A DNA stretch of 64,000 nucleotides from Candidatus Magasanikbacteria bacterium GW2011_GWA2_56_11 (lineage in GTDB: Bacteria > Patescibacteriota > Patescibacteriia > Magasanikbacterales > UBA922): contig LCRX01000003.1 in assembly GCA_001004885.1 (NCBI GenBank), positions 1,650 to 65,649 on the forward strand, in the 5' to 3' direction. Made by a program: the position numbers and the translations under genes. The notes beneath the pieces are model-generated. The model saw only the letters and a list, made by a program, of their open reading frames with translations. It searched no databases and was not told the DNA's origin. Numbering within the stretch: position 1 is the stretch's first letter; the number at the start of each line of letters is the position of its first letter. Shown one piece after another: positions 31,352 through 41,416 of the stretch.

Positions 31352-31981
31352 ATGTCCCCCACTGCCTTCCTGGTAACTTTTATCACCAATGCCATAGCCG
31401 CTGGCGGTTATCCGGCGCTCCTGCTTTTAACCATGCTCGACAGTACGGTGCTGCCGGTGCCGAACGAGGCGATTATGCCCTTTGCCGGTTTTCTCATCTC
31501 GGGCGGACGGTTCGGCTTTGGCGAAGTGGTCGGCGTAAGCGTGATTGGAGGGGTGGCCGGTTCGCTCACTTCGTACGCTATCGGCTACTACGGAGCGGAG
31601 CGGTTCGTAGAGCGGTTCGGCAAGTACGTCCGCCTCTCTCCGGACGACCTGAAAAAAACCCACGTTTTTTTTGAAAAATACGGCCACAAGGTGATCCTCG
31701 TCAGCCGCTTCATCCCGCTCGTCCGCCAGTTCATCTCCATCCCGGCCGGCGCCGGCAAAATGCACTTGGGCAAATTCGTCCTTTACACCGCCGTTGGCGC
31801 CGCGCTCTGGAACAGCGCGATTACCTATGTGGGCTACGTGCTCGGAAACAACTGGCAGACGATCGGGCGGTATACGAAAGTGTTTGACGTACTTATTCTC
31901 GCCAGCGCGGTGATTGCCGGGTATGCGGTATACCGGAAGTTGAGGAAACGCCAAAAACCTGACTTCAACACGCATGCATAA
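31352..31981 (+). CDS. DedA family membrane protein
   Basis: PVPNEAIMPFAG, FEKYG, RFIPLVRQFISIPAG. Confidence 0.93.
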   Translation: MSPTAFLVTFITNAIAAGGYPALLLLTMLDSTVLPVPNEAIMPFAGFLISGGRFGFGEVVGVSVIGGVAGSLTSYAIGYYGAERFVERFGKYVRLSPDDLKKTHVFFEKYGHKVILVSRFIPLVRQFISIPAGAGKMHLGKFVLYTAVGAALWNSAITYVGYVLGNNWQTIGRYTKVFDVLILASAVIAGYAVYRKLRKRQKPDFNTHA

Positions 31982-32162
31982 CTAGCTGGCAGTCTGTTTT
32001 AGATGGCAAATTCTTTTAATACTGACAAAATCTGCTGTCTCAAGCAGTTTTTTGTTTTAGGGCGCAAAAATGACCATTTCTTCAAGTTACCCCCACGCAA
32101 ATTCGACATTGACCATCTTTACTTTTTATGATATGAAACATCCGCAACCGAAGGGGGATGCC

Positions 32163-32684
32163 ATGACACGTTTCAAATTGCCAAGATGGCTTCTGCAAAG
32201 GGTGAAAATGGTCACCTATGACCAAGGGCGGGGGTACGTCTCGTTCGCCATCTCCGATGAGGCCCCAAACGGTCCCAGCCAATGCATCGGCTGGGAGGAG
32301 GGGGCGAACGGACACGAGTTCCCTTGCGGGGATCCCGCCTCGTTCCGGACCATACTCGAAATCGTGGAGGGCGTAACCGGCCACGACTTCGAGGCCATCC
32401 GGACCGGGGTCTATGTGCGCGACGACCATCCCCTCTACCCGCATTGTGTGCAGGAAGGGGGCTTCCGTATCCACGTCAAGACCGGGCCTCCGATCGTCGT
32501 GGTATTCGAAGACCACGGGCCGCTGCCAATGCTGCCTAGGCACGGAGTGTACCGAAGCCTGGACGAAATCACACGAGAGGCCGTCATCGGTTTGCTCCGC
32601 CACCGCTCAGACGATCTCGTTCGCTGTCTGTCGGATGCGGCGGTGCGTCTAGCCAGGCGCGTCAAGTCATCCTCCGGTTCGTAG
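32163..32684 (+). CDS. Hypothetical protein
   Basis: ORF with SD-like gggggat and a downstream hairpin (cccgtccgtcca...tggacggacggg); no family recognised. Confidence 0.55.
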   Translation: MTRFKLPRWLLQRVKMVTYDQGRGYVSFAISDEAPNGPSQCIGWEEGANGHEFPCGDPASFRTILEIVEGVTGHDFEAIRTGVYVRDDHPLYPHCVQEGGFRIHVKTGPPIVVVFEDHGPLPMLPRHGVYRSLDEITREAVIGLLRHRSDDLVRCLSDAAVRLARRVKSSSGS

Positions 32685-32759
32685 CGCCCGTCCGTCCATG
32701 TCTGCCCTACGCGGCGCGCTGGACGGACGGGAAACAACACCATACCGGTGTTTTTTTGT

Positions 32760-33686
32760 TTAGTGCTGTTTAAAACTCTGCAGCCCCTGGTGCTGCCGAA
32801 GCCAACGCGAGTGCAGCGGCACTTCCGAGGCGATAAGTCCGGCCACCATAATGGCCCCGCCCGCGAGCTCGGCGAGGCCGACCGCTTCACGCAGGAAGAT
32901 AAAAGCGATAAGCGTGGCAAATACCGGGTAAAGGGCGTCAAAAAAGCCTGCTTCGCTCGATTTAATCTTCTCGAGCGAGCTGTACCACAAGGTTTGCGCG
33001 AGAATAATCGGAACAACGACAATGAGGGCAATGCCGGCCAGAGAGGCCGGATCGAATGACACGCGCACCGTCTCTTCGGCGGAGAAAAAAATGAGCCCGG
33101 CAAAAATTACCAGCGCGCCCAAAAGATTGCGGTTAATAAGTATCAGTTCATGCGCGATGTGGCTGAGCTTTCGCTTGTAGATAATATTGGAAACGCCAAA
33201 AGATACGGCCGCGAGTACGAAATAAATGTCGTTCGGAGTAAACTGGGGCGTGAGGCGCAAAAGATCGGTGCTATAGAGCACGAGGCCGAAAGCCAAAAGG
33301 CCCATGCCTGCCAGATGGGCTGCGCGCACCCGTTCACGCAGGAAGATATAGGCCAGGGCGAGCACCAGTGGCGTCTGCAGGGAAATCAAGAGAACGCCGT
33401 TAAGCACGCTCGAATGTCTAAAGCCCATGAGGCTAAACAGCGGCCCGGCTACGCCGGCCAGGAGGCCCATGATAAAAAGGGGACCCAATCCTTCCCGGTG
33501 CCGCAGGGCCAAAATTTTTTTAAACTCCGGAAAAATGCCGAAGACGAGCAGCAGAACCGCTACGGATAATATCTCAGTCAAAAACGTTACCACGGCCGGG
33601 CTGTTATTCTCGAGCACCAATTTCGCCAGCGCCGGGTAGGCGGCGAACAGGGCGACCGAGGCCAAACACTTGATTTTATCCGCCAT
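32760..33686 (-). CDS. DMT/EamA family transporter
   Basis: Ten TM segments in two EamA repeats (FLRE motif twice). Confidence 0.88.
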   Translation of the reverse strand: MADKIKCLASVALFAAYPALAKLVLENNSPAVVTFLTEILSVAVLLLVFGIFPEFKKILALRHREGLGPLFIMGLLAGVAGPLFSLMGFRHSSVLNGVLLISLQTPLVLALAYIFLRERVRAAHLAGMGLLAFGLVLYSTDLLRLTPQFTPNDIYFVLAAVSFGVSNIIYKRKLSHIAHELILINRNLLGALVIFAGLIFFSAEETVRVSFDPASLAGIALIVVVPIILAQTLWYSSLEKIKSSEAGFFDALYPVFATLIAFIFLREAVGLAELAGGAIMVAGLIASEVPLHSRWLRQHQGLQSFKQH

Positions 33687-33811
33687 ATCGTGTAATCTAA
33701 TGGAACAAATCGCTCATAGTATACCGCAAATTTATTAAAGCTCCCAACCTAGTAGTAGAGGGACGCCAGAGCTGTTGAGTTAAAAATTGTAAGCGGTATA
33801 CTAGTCGGGCT

Positions 33812-34834
33812 ATGCCCAGAATAAAGTTCGTTAAAATTCAACCCTGGGACTTCTTTCTCAAAGTCAAAAAAGCCAGCGGCCTTTCGTTCAAAGAAATGGC
33901 CCAGCTATGCGCCACGCACCGGCGCACGCTTTCCGACTGGAAAAGAGGCCGGTACCTAATGCCATTGTCGGCCTATGAGGCTTTATTTAAGCTAGGCGGA
34001 AATGAAGAGGTGATTTCAATCATTCCAGATTATAGCCACGCCTCGGCAGCCGGCAAGAAAGGAGCGGCGCGACGTTACCAAATCCATGGGAATCCCGGCA
34101 CGGATGAAGGCCGGAAACGCGGTGGATTGGCCGCGGTAAGAAAACTTACCGCAATTTACCCCCATGCCATAATCACTAAATTCCAAAGGAGACGGCCGAT
34201 TGCCTTGCCGGAACTTTCCTGCAATCTGGCGGAAATGATCGGAATTATTCTGGGAGATGGGCACGTTAGCGCTTACCAGACTACTGTTACACTGCACTCA
34301 CTGGACGACCGGTTATACTCTGGATACGTAGCCAAGCAATTTGAATCCCTCTTCCAAATTAAACCGGCCATATACGAGCGGCAATCCACACTGGTGATTA
34401 CCGTTGCCCGCGTGGCTTTATCCGAATACCTGCACTGCCAACACGGACTTTCAAGCAATAAAGTGAAGACACAGGTGTCAGTGCCGTCGTGGATAGTACG
34501 CCATGATAAATTTGCCCAAGCGTGCGTACGGGGGTTAATTGACACTGATGGCTGTTTCTATGTCGACCGGCACCAATATCTGAATAAACGATATCTTAAT
34601 TGCGCCCTGAACTTTACCAATCGTTCCTTGCCGATACTAAAGTTCGTGAAAGACACCCTGAGCAGCCTGGACTTGCATCCGACACAAAAGACGCCGTACA
34701 GTATTTTTCTGCGGCGGGAAAGGGAAATCGAGCGCTACTTCAAGGAAATCGGATCTAACAATCCCAAACATACAGATAAATTTAAGAAGTTCATCGCCAA
34801 CAAAACACACGGAGGAGTACCGAAGCGGTCATAA
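33812..34834 (+). CDS. Free-standing LAGLIDADG endonuclease-family protein with N-terminal HTH
   Basis: LAEMIGIILGDG and VRGLIDTDGC motifs; HTH (TLSDWKRGRY); stop codon lies inside tRNA-Ser. Confidence 0.88.
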   Translation: MPRIKFVKIQPWDFFLKVKKASGLSFKEMAQLCATHRRTLSDWKRGRYLMPLSAYEALFKLGGNEEVISIIPDYSHASAAGKKGAARRYQIHGNPGTDEGRKRGGLAAVRKLTAIYPHAIITKFQRRRPIALPELSCNLAEMIGIILGDGHVSAYQTTVTLHSLDDRLYSGYVAKQFESLFQIKPAIYERQSTLVITVARVALSEYLHCQHGLSSNKVKTQVSVPSWIVRHDKFAQACVRGLIDTDGCFYVDRHQYLNKRYLNCALNFTNRSLPILKFVKDTLSSLDLHPTQKTPYSIFLRREREIERYFKEIGSNNPKHTDKFKKFIANKTHGGVPKRS

Positions 34835-34902
34835 CGGGACGGTCTCGAAAACCGTTTGCCCTCAAAAGGGGCACGAGGGTTCGAATCCCTCCTCCTCCGC
34901 CA
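34811..34902 (+). tRNA. tRNA-Ser(CGA)
   Basis: acggt-ctcgaaa-accgt anticodon arm, long variable arm, ggttcgaatcc, ends GCCA. Confidence 0.95.
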
Positions 34903-34921
34903 AATTATTCATACACCCAAT

Positions 34922-35008
34922 GGAGAGATGGCTGAGCGGTTGAAGGCGGCGGTCTTGAAAACCGTTGAGGATGAAAGTCCTCCGTGGGTTCGAATCCCAC
35001 TCTCTCCG
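34922..35008 (+). tRNA. tRNA-Ser(TGA)
   Basis: gcggt-cttgaaa-accgt anticodon arm, long variable arm, ggttcgaatcc; no encoded CCA. Confidence 0.95.
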
Positions 35009-35520
35009 CTTCCCGGGATGATCCCCCAAGGAGCCGTACGAATCGTACGGCTTTTTTGCTGAGATGAGCAGCGTTCCGTCTTTGAGTACGAGGTTCGAAC
35101 TGAGATTTCGGATTATGACGCGGCGTTCTTCGGGCGTCCCGTTCACGAACAGTTCCGGGGCCTTGCTTAGCCAAGAAACGCGGGAGGCCAAGGGTTCGAA
35201 CTGCTCTGGTCGCTCGGTCCGCGCGAGCTCCTGAGAGAGCCGCTCGCGCTCGAGCGTGTAGCGGCGCGAGTCGAGCTCGAACGCCTGGTCGTCGAAGCGG
35301 CCGTCAAGCCAGCCTTCGCGCAGGCTCGCGAGGCGCGGCGCGGGTAGAAGAGGCCGGCGTCGGTCCCGCGCGTGTTCATATTCTCGAAGAGCTTCCCGAT
35401 GATGTCGAGCTCGGTCATCGTGATCATGGGTTCGTGGTTGCCCGAAGCCGTTTGTCCGCCGAGCACCATGACCCCGGCGCAGAACTGGTCGCGAAGCATA
35501 CGGCAGTTGGCTGCCCGTTC
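35009..35520 (-). pseudogene. Fragmented large serine recombinase (integrated-element remnant)
   Basis: Out-of-frame pieces: LRDQFCAG...GNHEPMIT (recombinase domain), RLASLREGWLDGRFD..F (coiled coil), EERRVIIRNLSSNLVLKDG.L.I.AKKP running into the tRNA (RREWDSNP); no catalytic N-terminal domain seen. Confidence 0.7.
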
Positions 35521-35633
35521 AGCGATGGTATATACTGAAATTCTACACCTGGGAAGGGCGGCGGATTGCTGCCTTCCGGCTACCGATCGCAGACGGAGCT
35601 GCTGTGGTCGGTTTTGAAAGACAGGAGGAATCC

Positions 35634-35750
35634 ATGAGGAGGACAGAGAGCTGGTTTGCGCGGTGGCATGAGCTTCTGATGGTGCTCGCCCTCATCGCCA
35701 TGGTGGGCCTCGTTGCTCTGGCGGTTTGGGCCTTCGTAGCAGCCACATGA
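35634..35750 (+). CDS. Small single-TM protein (38 aa)
   Basis: SD aggagga; MRRTESWFARWHELLMVLALIAMVGLVALAVWAFVAAT. Confidence 0.55.
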   Translation: MRRTESWFARWHELLMVLALIAMVGLVALAVWAFVAAT

Positions 35751-36102
35751 GACAGGGACAGCGTGTTGTTGCTCGGCGACACACGCTGTCCACATCCACG
35801 AAAGCCCCACACTTGTGTGCTCGTGGCGCGCAGTACCCGTGGGCCACACGCACGGCTCGCCGGCTGCTTGGGAGAGTAGTGTGGGCTGATTCTGTGTGAA
35901 GTTAGCTAAATCTAGCTTCTTGGATGAACGGCTGAGACGGTCCAACCGGGCCCAGATACGCCGTCTTCCGGCGCGCGCTTCACCTTCTGGTCGGCGTCCC
36001 TACCGAGATCGCTCCGGCCCGCCCCTTTTACCGCGCCGAAGATTACCACCAGCGCTATCTGGAAAAAAGCGGCCGCGGTTCCTGCCGCATCTAATATTGC
36101 TT

Positions 36103-36942
36103 ATGATCGGTTCTACTTTTAGCCTGAACGGACAACTCCGGCCAATTACTGAAGCCTGCCTGCCGGTAGACCATACCGAGCTCGCCTACGGTTTCGGCGT
36201 CTACGAGTCGCTGCGGCTGCGGCGCGGATGCGTGTATTTTCTCGGCGAGCACATCGAACGCCTGCTCTGCTCGGCGCAAGTCGTCGAACTGGAACACCTC
36301 TTTACGAAAGAAAAAATCAAAAAATGGACCGAGGCGCTTGTCGCCGTTAATCCGGCCACGGCGGCCAACGTCAAAATGCTCCTCATAGGCAGCCAAACCC
36401 CGGCCGGCGCGCTCCTGTATATCTTTCTCCTGTCGCCGTTTTTTTTGGAAAAAAAAGACTACCGCGGCGGGGTCAAAGTAACCACCTTCCGCCACGAACG
36501 TTTTCTCCCCGAAGCCAAGACGCTCAATATGCTTCCGAGCTATCTCGCGTATCGCGAGGCCAGACGCGCCGGCGCTTTTGACGCCCTCCTTGTGGCGCGC
36601 GACGGCACTATCCGCGAGGGTACGCGGACCAATTTTTTTGCCGTCAAGGGCCGGACGCTCATTACTCCGCCGGTTAAGCTGGTGTTGGACGGCATCACCC
36701 GGCGCACGGTCATCGCCTGCGCCCGCCAACATGGCTACGGGATAATCGAGGACTCAATCCGCCTTAAGGAGATCTCTGCCTACGGGGGTGCTTTTGTTAC
36801 TAATACCTCAGGCGGCATCGTCCCTGTTAAGCAAATTGATAATTTCGTCTTCCCGGACGTGGCGGTAGAAATTTCCGACCTTAGGAAATGCTATTCGGCC
36901 CATCTTGACGCGCTTTTCGCGCCCACTGTTTCCTGTCCCTGA
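36103..36942 (+). CDS. Aminotransferase class IV (IlvE/Dat/PabC-like)
   Basis: YGFGVYESLR, EH.ERL, AKT, EGTRTNFF, LDGITR, FVTNTS. Confidence 0.9.
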   Translation: MIGSTFSLNGQLRPITEACLPVDHTELAYGFGVYESLRLRRGCVYFLGEHIERLLCSAQVVELEHLFTKEKIKKWTEALVAVNPATAANVKMLLIGSQTPAGALLYIFLLSPFFLEKKDYRGGVKVTTFRHERFLPEAKTLNMLPSYLAYREARRAGAFDALLVARDGTIREGTRTNFFAVKGRTLITPPVKLVLDGITRRTVIACARQHGYGIIEDSIRLKEISAYGGAFVTNTSGGIVPVKQIDNFVFPDVAVEISDLRKCYSAHLDALFAPTVSCP

Positions 36943-38038
36943 CTACCGAACGACTCTCCCCGAACCGTCCATACATGGCGCCGCGGTGCGGCGGTGCCAT
37001 GGACTGGCCGGCGGCCCGGCGCAGCGCCTCGGCGTAGGCGAGTTCATACCCGTCCGCCATGCGGACCGCGGTAAATCGCTCCAACACCCGCGCCCGGCAG
37101 ACCCGGCGGCTTATCCGGTCTATATTCCGAACCGCCGTTATCATCTCAGGCACACTGGCCACCACGTAACCGGTACGGCCGTGTTCAATCACTTCGGGAA
37201 TGGCTCCGCGGTTGAAAGCCACCACCGGACACCCGCAAGCGCCGGCCTCGATAAGAGCCAAACCGAACGGCTCCGGCCAGTTGGTCGGATGCAGAAAACA
37301 CAGCGCCCGGCTCATGAGACGGTTCCGCTCGCTTTCGTCTACCTCTCCTATCCAGCGAACGCGCTTACTCAAGCGCGGCTTAATATGTTCCCGAAAGTAG
37401 GCCATGTCAACAAAATCCAGCTTCGCGGCAATAATGAGCGGCAGATCCAAGGCCTCGGCCACATCGATGGCGTAGTGTACCCCCTTGTCCTTCGAGATGC
37501 GGCCCACAAAAAGCAAGTATTCGCCATAATCGGCCGCAAACGGGTAATGCTCCATAGGCAACCCGTTATATACGGTGGCCAGATGATTAAGTTCGGGCGC
37601 CAGCGCGGCCTGCGCGCGCGAAATCGTGACTACGTAAGGACGCCGTAGCGCCATAAACATATTCCGGCGCACGTCATCGAACAGGCCATGCATGGTCATA
37701 ATGACGGGCGTCGGACAGATGTTGCCGGTTGACAAGCCAAAAAAAGCCGTATGATCATGAATTACGTCAAACTCTTTGAACCGGCTGTAAGCCAACCCGA
37801 TGTTAAGGAGCGTCCAGGTAGCTACATTGCCCAGGCTTCTCTGTTGCGCTTCGCGCAACCCCGAAGGAAAAACTGAGGCCAACCGGGCGCTGGTTACGGA
37901 ATCTCCGCTGGCAAACAGCGTTACCTCGTGACCGCGCCGGACAAGCTCTTCGGTCAAGGCTGACACTACTCTTTCGGTCCCGCCGTACTTTTTCGGCGGT
38001 ACGCGCTCTATTAACGGTGAAATTTGGGCTATTTTCAT
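36881..38038 (-). CDS. Glycosyltransferase family 4
   Basis: VPPKKYGGTER, GRISKDKG, WPEPFGL..IEA.ACG.PVVAF. Confidence 0.93.
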   Translation of the reverse strand: MKIAQISPLIERVPPKKYGGTERVVSALTEELVRRGHEVTLFASGDSVTSARLASVFPSGLREAQQRSLGNVATWTLLNIGLAYSRFKEFDVIHDHTAFFGLSTGNICPTPVIMTMHGLFDDVRRNMFMALRRPYVVTISRAQAALAPELNHLATVYNGLPMEHYPFAADYGEYLLFVGRISKDKGVHYAIDVAEALDLPLIIAAKLDFVDMAYFREHIKPRLSKRVRWIGEVDESERNRLMSRALCFLHPTNWPEPFGLALIEAGACGCPVVAFNRGAIPEVIEHGRTGYVVASVPEMITAVRNIDRISRRVCRARVLERFTAVRMADGYELAYAEALRRAAGQSMAPPHRGAMYGRFGESRSVVRDRKQWARKARQDGPNSIS

Positions 38039-38345
38039 AGAACTATAGGTATGTCATAGCAGACCCCCACCTGGTACGTTACCAGTTAGCCGCCAACCCG
38101 CCAAGCAAAAGTAAAGTGTCGGTACCGCCGAACCTTCCGTCCCCAGCTCTTGACCCTGCCGCCGGGCGCCGGTTACGGTACCGTATGGAGCGCGAATGCC
38201 TGCCCAGGATCCTGAACGTACTTCTACAAGAGCACTTATCACTCAGCCGGAGCATTTTCTCGCAGCCGTAAGAGGGTGGAAGCGCCGGGCGTCAAATAGT
38301 ATAAGGCGCGTGAGAGCAGAATATTGTCCTTAGGGTTATGGGCGT

Positions 38346-38678
38346 ATGCCGACCACAGTGGAAAAAATTTTGGTTGAGCAGGCTTTCTACGCTCTTGACC
38401 GCAAGGTACTGCAAATCCGAGGCCTGGCCGACAGCGGCGGACTTGGCTTTTGGTTTAAGTTCGCCCCCGCTGTGGTGGACCTGGACAGGGAAAAGGGGGC
38501 CACCCGGCTATGGCTCCACCGGGTGGAGCGAGCAGCCCGCAAGGCTGAAAGCGATGAAGAAAAAACTAAGGTAGAGGCGGAATGGGCCGAACTTAAAAGC
38601 ACCATCGCCCGTCTCTCCCAAACGGCTGATGAACTGATGGAAAAAATCAGATCGGCCCGACAAGAAGAAAGAAGGTGA
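38346..38678 (+). CDS. Hypothetical protein
   Basis: 110-aa helical ORF. Confidence 0.55.
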   Translation: MPTTVEKILVEQAFYALDRKVLQIRGLADSGGLGFWFKFAPAVVDLDREKGATRLWLHRVERAARKAESDEEKTKVEAEWAELKSTIARLSQTADELMEKIRSARQEERR

Positions 38679-38705
38679 TTTTACTTAAGAAGGGAGGTGA
38701 ACTAT

Positions 38706-38981
38706 ATGGAATTCCTGTGGTTTATCCTTATCGGACTTATTGCCGGGTGGATAGCCGGCGTTATCATGAAAGGACGAGGATTCGGCGTTCTGGGTGACAT
38801 CATAGTCGGCATCGTGGGCGCCCTGATCGGCGGTTATATTTTTGGCCTGTTCGGCTTTACTCCCGACAACCTCTTGGGCTCTCTCCTGACCGCGGTCATC
38901 GGCGCGATTATCCTTTTGGCCCTGGTAGCCCTTATCCGAAGCCCCGGCGGAGGCGGCCGGCCGTATTTCCATCCCCGCTAA
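38706..38981 (+). CDS. GlsB/YeaQ/YmgE (transglycosylase-associated) membrane protein
   Basis: IGLIAGWIA..IM.G.G.G..GDIIVGIVGALIGG...A.IGAIILL. Confidence 0.92.
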   Translation: MEFLWFILIGLIAGWIAGVIMKGRGFGVLGDIIVGIVGALIGGYIFGLFGFTPDNLLGSLLTAVIGAIILLALVALIRSPGGGGRPYFHPR

Positions 38982-39025
38982 AAGACTCGTTTCCATTCAT
39001 GAATGGGAAGCCGTTACTACTCGCA

Positions 39026-39075
39026 GAAGCTAAATACTAACACCGCCCGGCCGGGCGGTGTTAGTATTTAGCTTC
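39026..39075. repeat. Perfect 50-bp palindrome with no loop
   Basis: gaagctaaatactaacaccgcccgg|ccgggcggtgttagtatttagcttc. Confidence 0.95.
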
Positions 39076-39172
39076 CTCCCTTGCCACCATCCACCTGCCC
39101 CTATAAACTACAAGAACAGCCCGGGCAATCCGGCGCGGAAGTAAGAAAACCCGGCTGTTTCCGTCATCCTAT

Positions 39173-39685
39173 ATGCATTCCAAGCAGGTGGAAACACAAT
39201 TCATCACGGCCTACGAAGCGCATTCAGACGCTATTTTTCGATATTGTTATTACCGGGTATTCAACCGCGAACTGGCCCGGGATCTAACCCAAGAAGCGTT
39301 TATGAAAACCTGGAAAAGCCTGGCTGCGGGCAGCGAAGTGAGAAATATCCGGGCTTACCTCTACCGGGTGGCCAAACACTTGGTAATAGACCACTCGCGC
39401 AAGCGCCGCGAGGCCTCGCTTGACGAGATGAGCGAACAAGGTTTCGAGCCGGAAATCGAAGAGCGAGAGGCGATCGAGATTGGGATAGACGCCCGTTCAG
39501 CCATTGTCCATATCCGGCGTCTCAACGACATTTACCGCGAAGTCATGCTCCTGCGCTTCGTAGACGGATTTTCGCCCAAAGAGATATCGGCCTTAATTGG
39601 AGAAACCCAAAACGTTGTCTCGGTCCGTATCAACCGCGGCTTAAAGCAATTGAGGTCGTCTCTGGAATCAGAAAAATCCGTATGA
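39173..39685 (+). CDS. ECF sigma factor
   Basis: Region 2 ARDLTQEAFMKTW/YLYRVA.HLVID; region 4 LRFVDG.S.KEIS..IG...NVVSVRINRG. Confidence 0.93.
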   Translation: MHSKQVETQFITAYEAHSDAIFRYCYYRVFNRELARDLTQEAFMKTWKSLAAGSEVRNIRAYLYRVAKHLVIDHSRKRREASLDEMSEQGFEPEIEEREAIEIGIDARSAIVHIRRLNDIYREVMLLRFVDGFSPKEISALIGETQNVVSVRINRGLKQLRSSLESEKSV

Positions 39686-40326
39686 AAAAAATCTTCCGTC
39701 TCCTGAAACGCGTCCGGCTGTCGGAGGGCGAACGCGCCCACATGAGGCAGGCGCTGCGCGAGTACATGGCCGAATACCCGGCACGTGTGGCCGACCATCC
39801 GGCCGGACAAAACCGTATGCCACTGTACCGGCCCGCTTTTTTCTTGGGCGTAACCGCGCTTCTCGTCTCTTTCGTCGGCGCTGCCTACGCCGCCGAGGGA
39901 ACGGTACCCGGCGATTGGCTCTATCCGATTAAAATCCGCCTGTCTGAAAACGCCGAACGTATATTTTTGTTTTCCGACGAAAGCCAGACCGAGTGGGAGG
40001 CCGTGCGGGCGGCCAGACGGCTCAAAGAGGCGGAGGCGCTGGCAAAGCGCGGCGAACTAAATGCGCCTGCCCGCGCTAAACTGGAACAACAATTCGAGCG
40101 CCACATCAGACGCGTGCAATCCGGACTAGCCGAATTGGCCGCCGCCGGACGCCAAGACAAAGCGGCCGCCCTAGGCCGAAAATTTGCCGCCTCGCTGCGC
40201 GCCCACGAGCTGATTCTCGAACGTCTGGAGAGCGGCGAAATCGCTGAATCTTTTGCTTTTGAGACAATAAACGCCGAGCCGACCAGCTCGACCAGAACAG
40301 AGCCCATCCGGCTCTTCGGCCGCTAA
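39682..40326 (+). CDS. Putative anti-sigma factor (DUF5667-like domain)
   Basis: Overlaps the sigma stop codon; single TM; PGDWLYPIK..E...RRLKEAE. Confidence 0.75.
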   Translation: MKKIFRLLKRVRLSEGERAHMRQALREYMAEYPARVADHPAGQNRMPLYRPAFFLGVTALLVSFVGAAYAAEGTVPGDWLYPIKIRLSENAERIFLFSDESQTEWEAVRAARRLKEAEALAKRGELNAPARAKLEQQFERHIRRVQSGLAELAAAGRQDKAAALGRKFAASLRAHELILERLESGEIAESFAFETINAEPTSSTRTEPIRLFGR

Positions 40327-40455
40327 TCCGATTCAGACTGCCCCAGAGGGCGGTCTTTTATCGCGCGTGTAAAATGCTTACTCGGCCAAACTACGAAAAA
40401 AAATCTTGCCGTCTGGTAACCAAAGGTGTACACTCGTGTAAATTACGATTCCTCT

Positions 40456-41379
40456 ATGCCGTGGATTAGCATCATTATTATCGTCGGTCTTATCGTCTTT
40501 GAGACCGTAAGCAGCGTTGACAACGCCATAGTCAACGCCCATATGCTGCGCACCATGAGCGAACGGGCGCGGCGCTGGTTCCTGCTTTGGGGTCTATTCT
40601 TTGCCGTTTTTCTGGCCCGGGGCATCCTACCGCTCCTGATCGTCTGGCTTACGGCTCCGAACGTAACTCTGCTCGGGGCCCTGCGGGCCACCTTTGGGGG
40701 CGACGATTTGGCCCGGCAGGCCATAGAGCAGAGCTCGTTCATCCTCTTGATCGGCGGCGGGATGTTCCTGCTCCTACTCTATCTCCACTGGCTATTTCTC
40801 GAAAAAAAAGAACCGTACTTCGTGCCGGATAAATGGGTAAAAGAACACCACGGAGTTTGGTTCTTCGCCTTGTCCGCGATTCTATTGGTTACTATTCTCT
40901 ACCTCACGCGCCACTCTCCCCTGGCTATGATTGCGGCGGCCACCGGAAACGCGGTCTTTTTTATTCTCTACGGCTTCCGCGAACTGGCGGAAAAAGAAGA
41001 GGCCAAACTGGAGCGTACCGGGCGATCGGATATTTCAAAATTCTTATACCTGGAGGTACTTGATCTGTCGTTTAGCATCGACGGCATCTTTGGCGCCTTT
41101 GCCTTTACGACCAATATTCTTCTCATTTTTATCGGCAATGGCATTGGAGCGTTTGTGGTACGCGAACTCACCATCAGGGGCATAAACCAAGTGGCCAAAT
41201 ACCGCTGGCTAAAAAACGGCGCCATGACTTCGATCGGTTTCTTGGGAGTCTTTATGATACTGGAATCACTCGGCGCGCACATACCGGAGTGGCTGCCCAC
41301 TGTTATTACCTGCGGATTGGTCGGCATTACCTTCTGGTCTTCGCACCGGCATCTGAAAAAAGCCTCTGACAGCGACTAA
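40456..41379 (+). CDS. DUF475/TerC-like membrane protein
   Basis: FETVSSVDNAIVNA, FLYLEVLDLSFSIDG..GAFAFT. Confidence 0.88.
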   Translation: MPWISIIIIVGLIVFETVSSVDNAIVNAHMLRTMSERARRWFLLWGLFFAVFLARGILPLLIVWLTAPNVTLLGALRATFGGDDLARQAIEQSSFILLIGGGMFLLLLYLHWLFLEKKEPYFVPDKWVKEHHGVWFFALSAILLVTILYLTRHSPLAMIAAATGNAVFFILYGFRELAEKEEAKLERTGRSDISKFLYLEVLDLSFSIDGIFGAFAFTTNILLIFIGNGIGAFVVRELTIRGINQVAKYRWLKNGAMTSIGFLGVFMILESLGAHIPEWLPTVITCGLVGITFWSSHRHLKKASDSD

Positions 41380-41416
41380 AAAAGAGGCTTACCGCCTCTT
41401 TTTTAGTCGCCAATTT

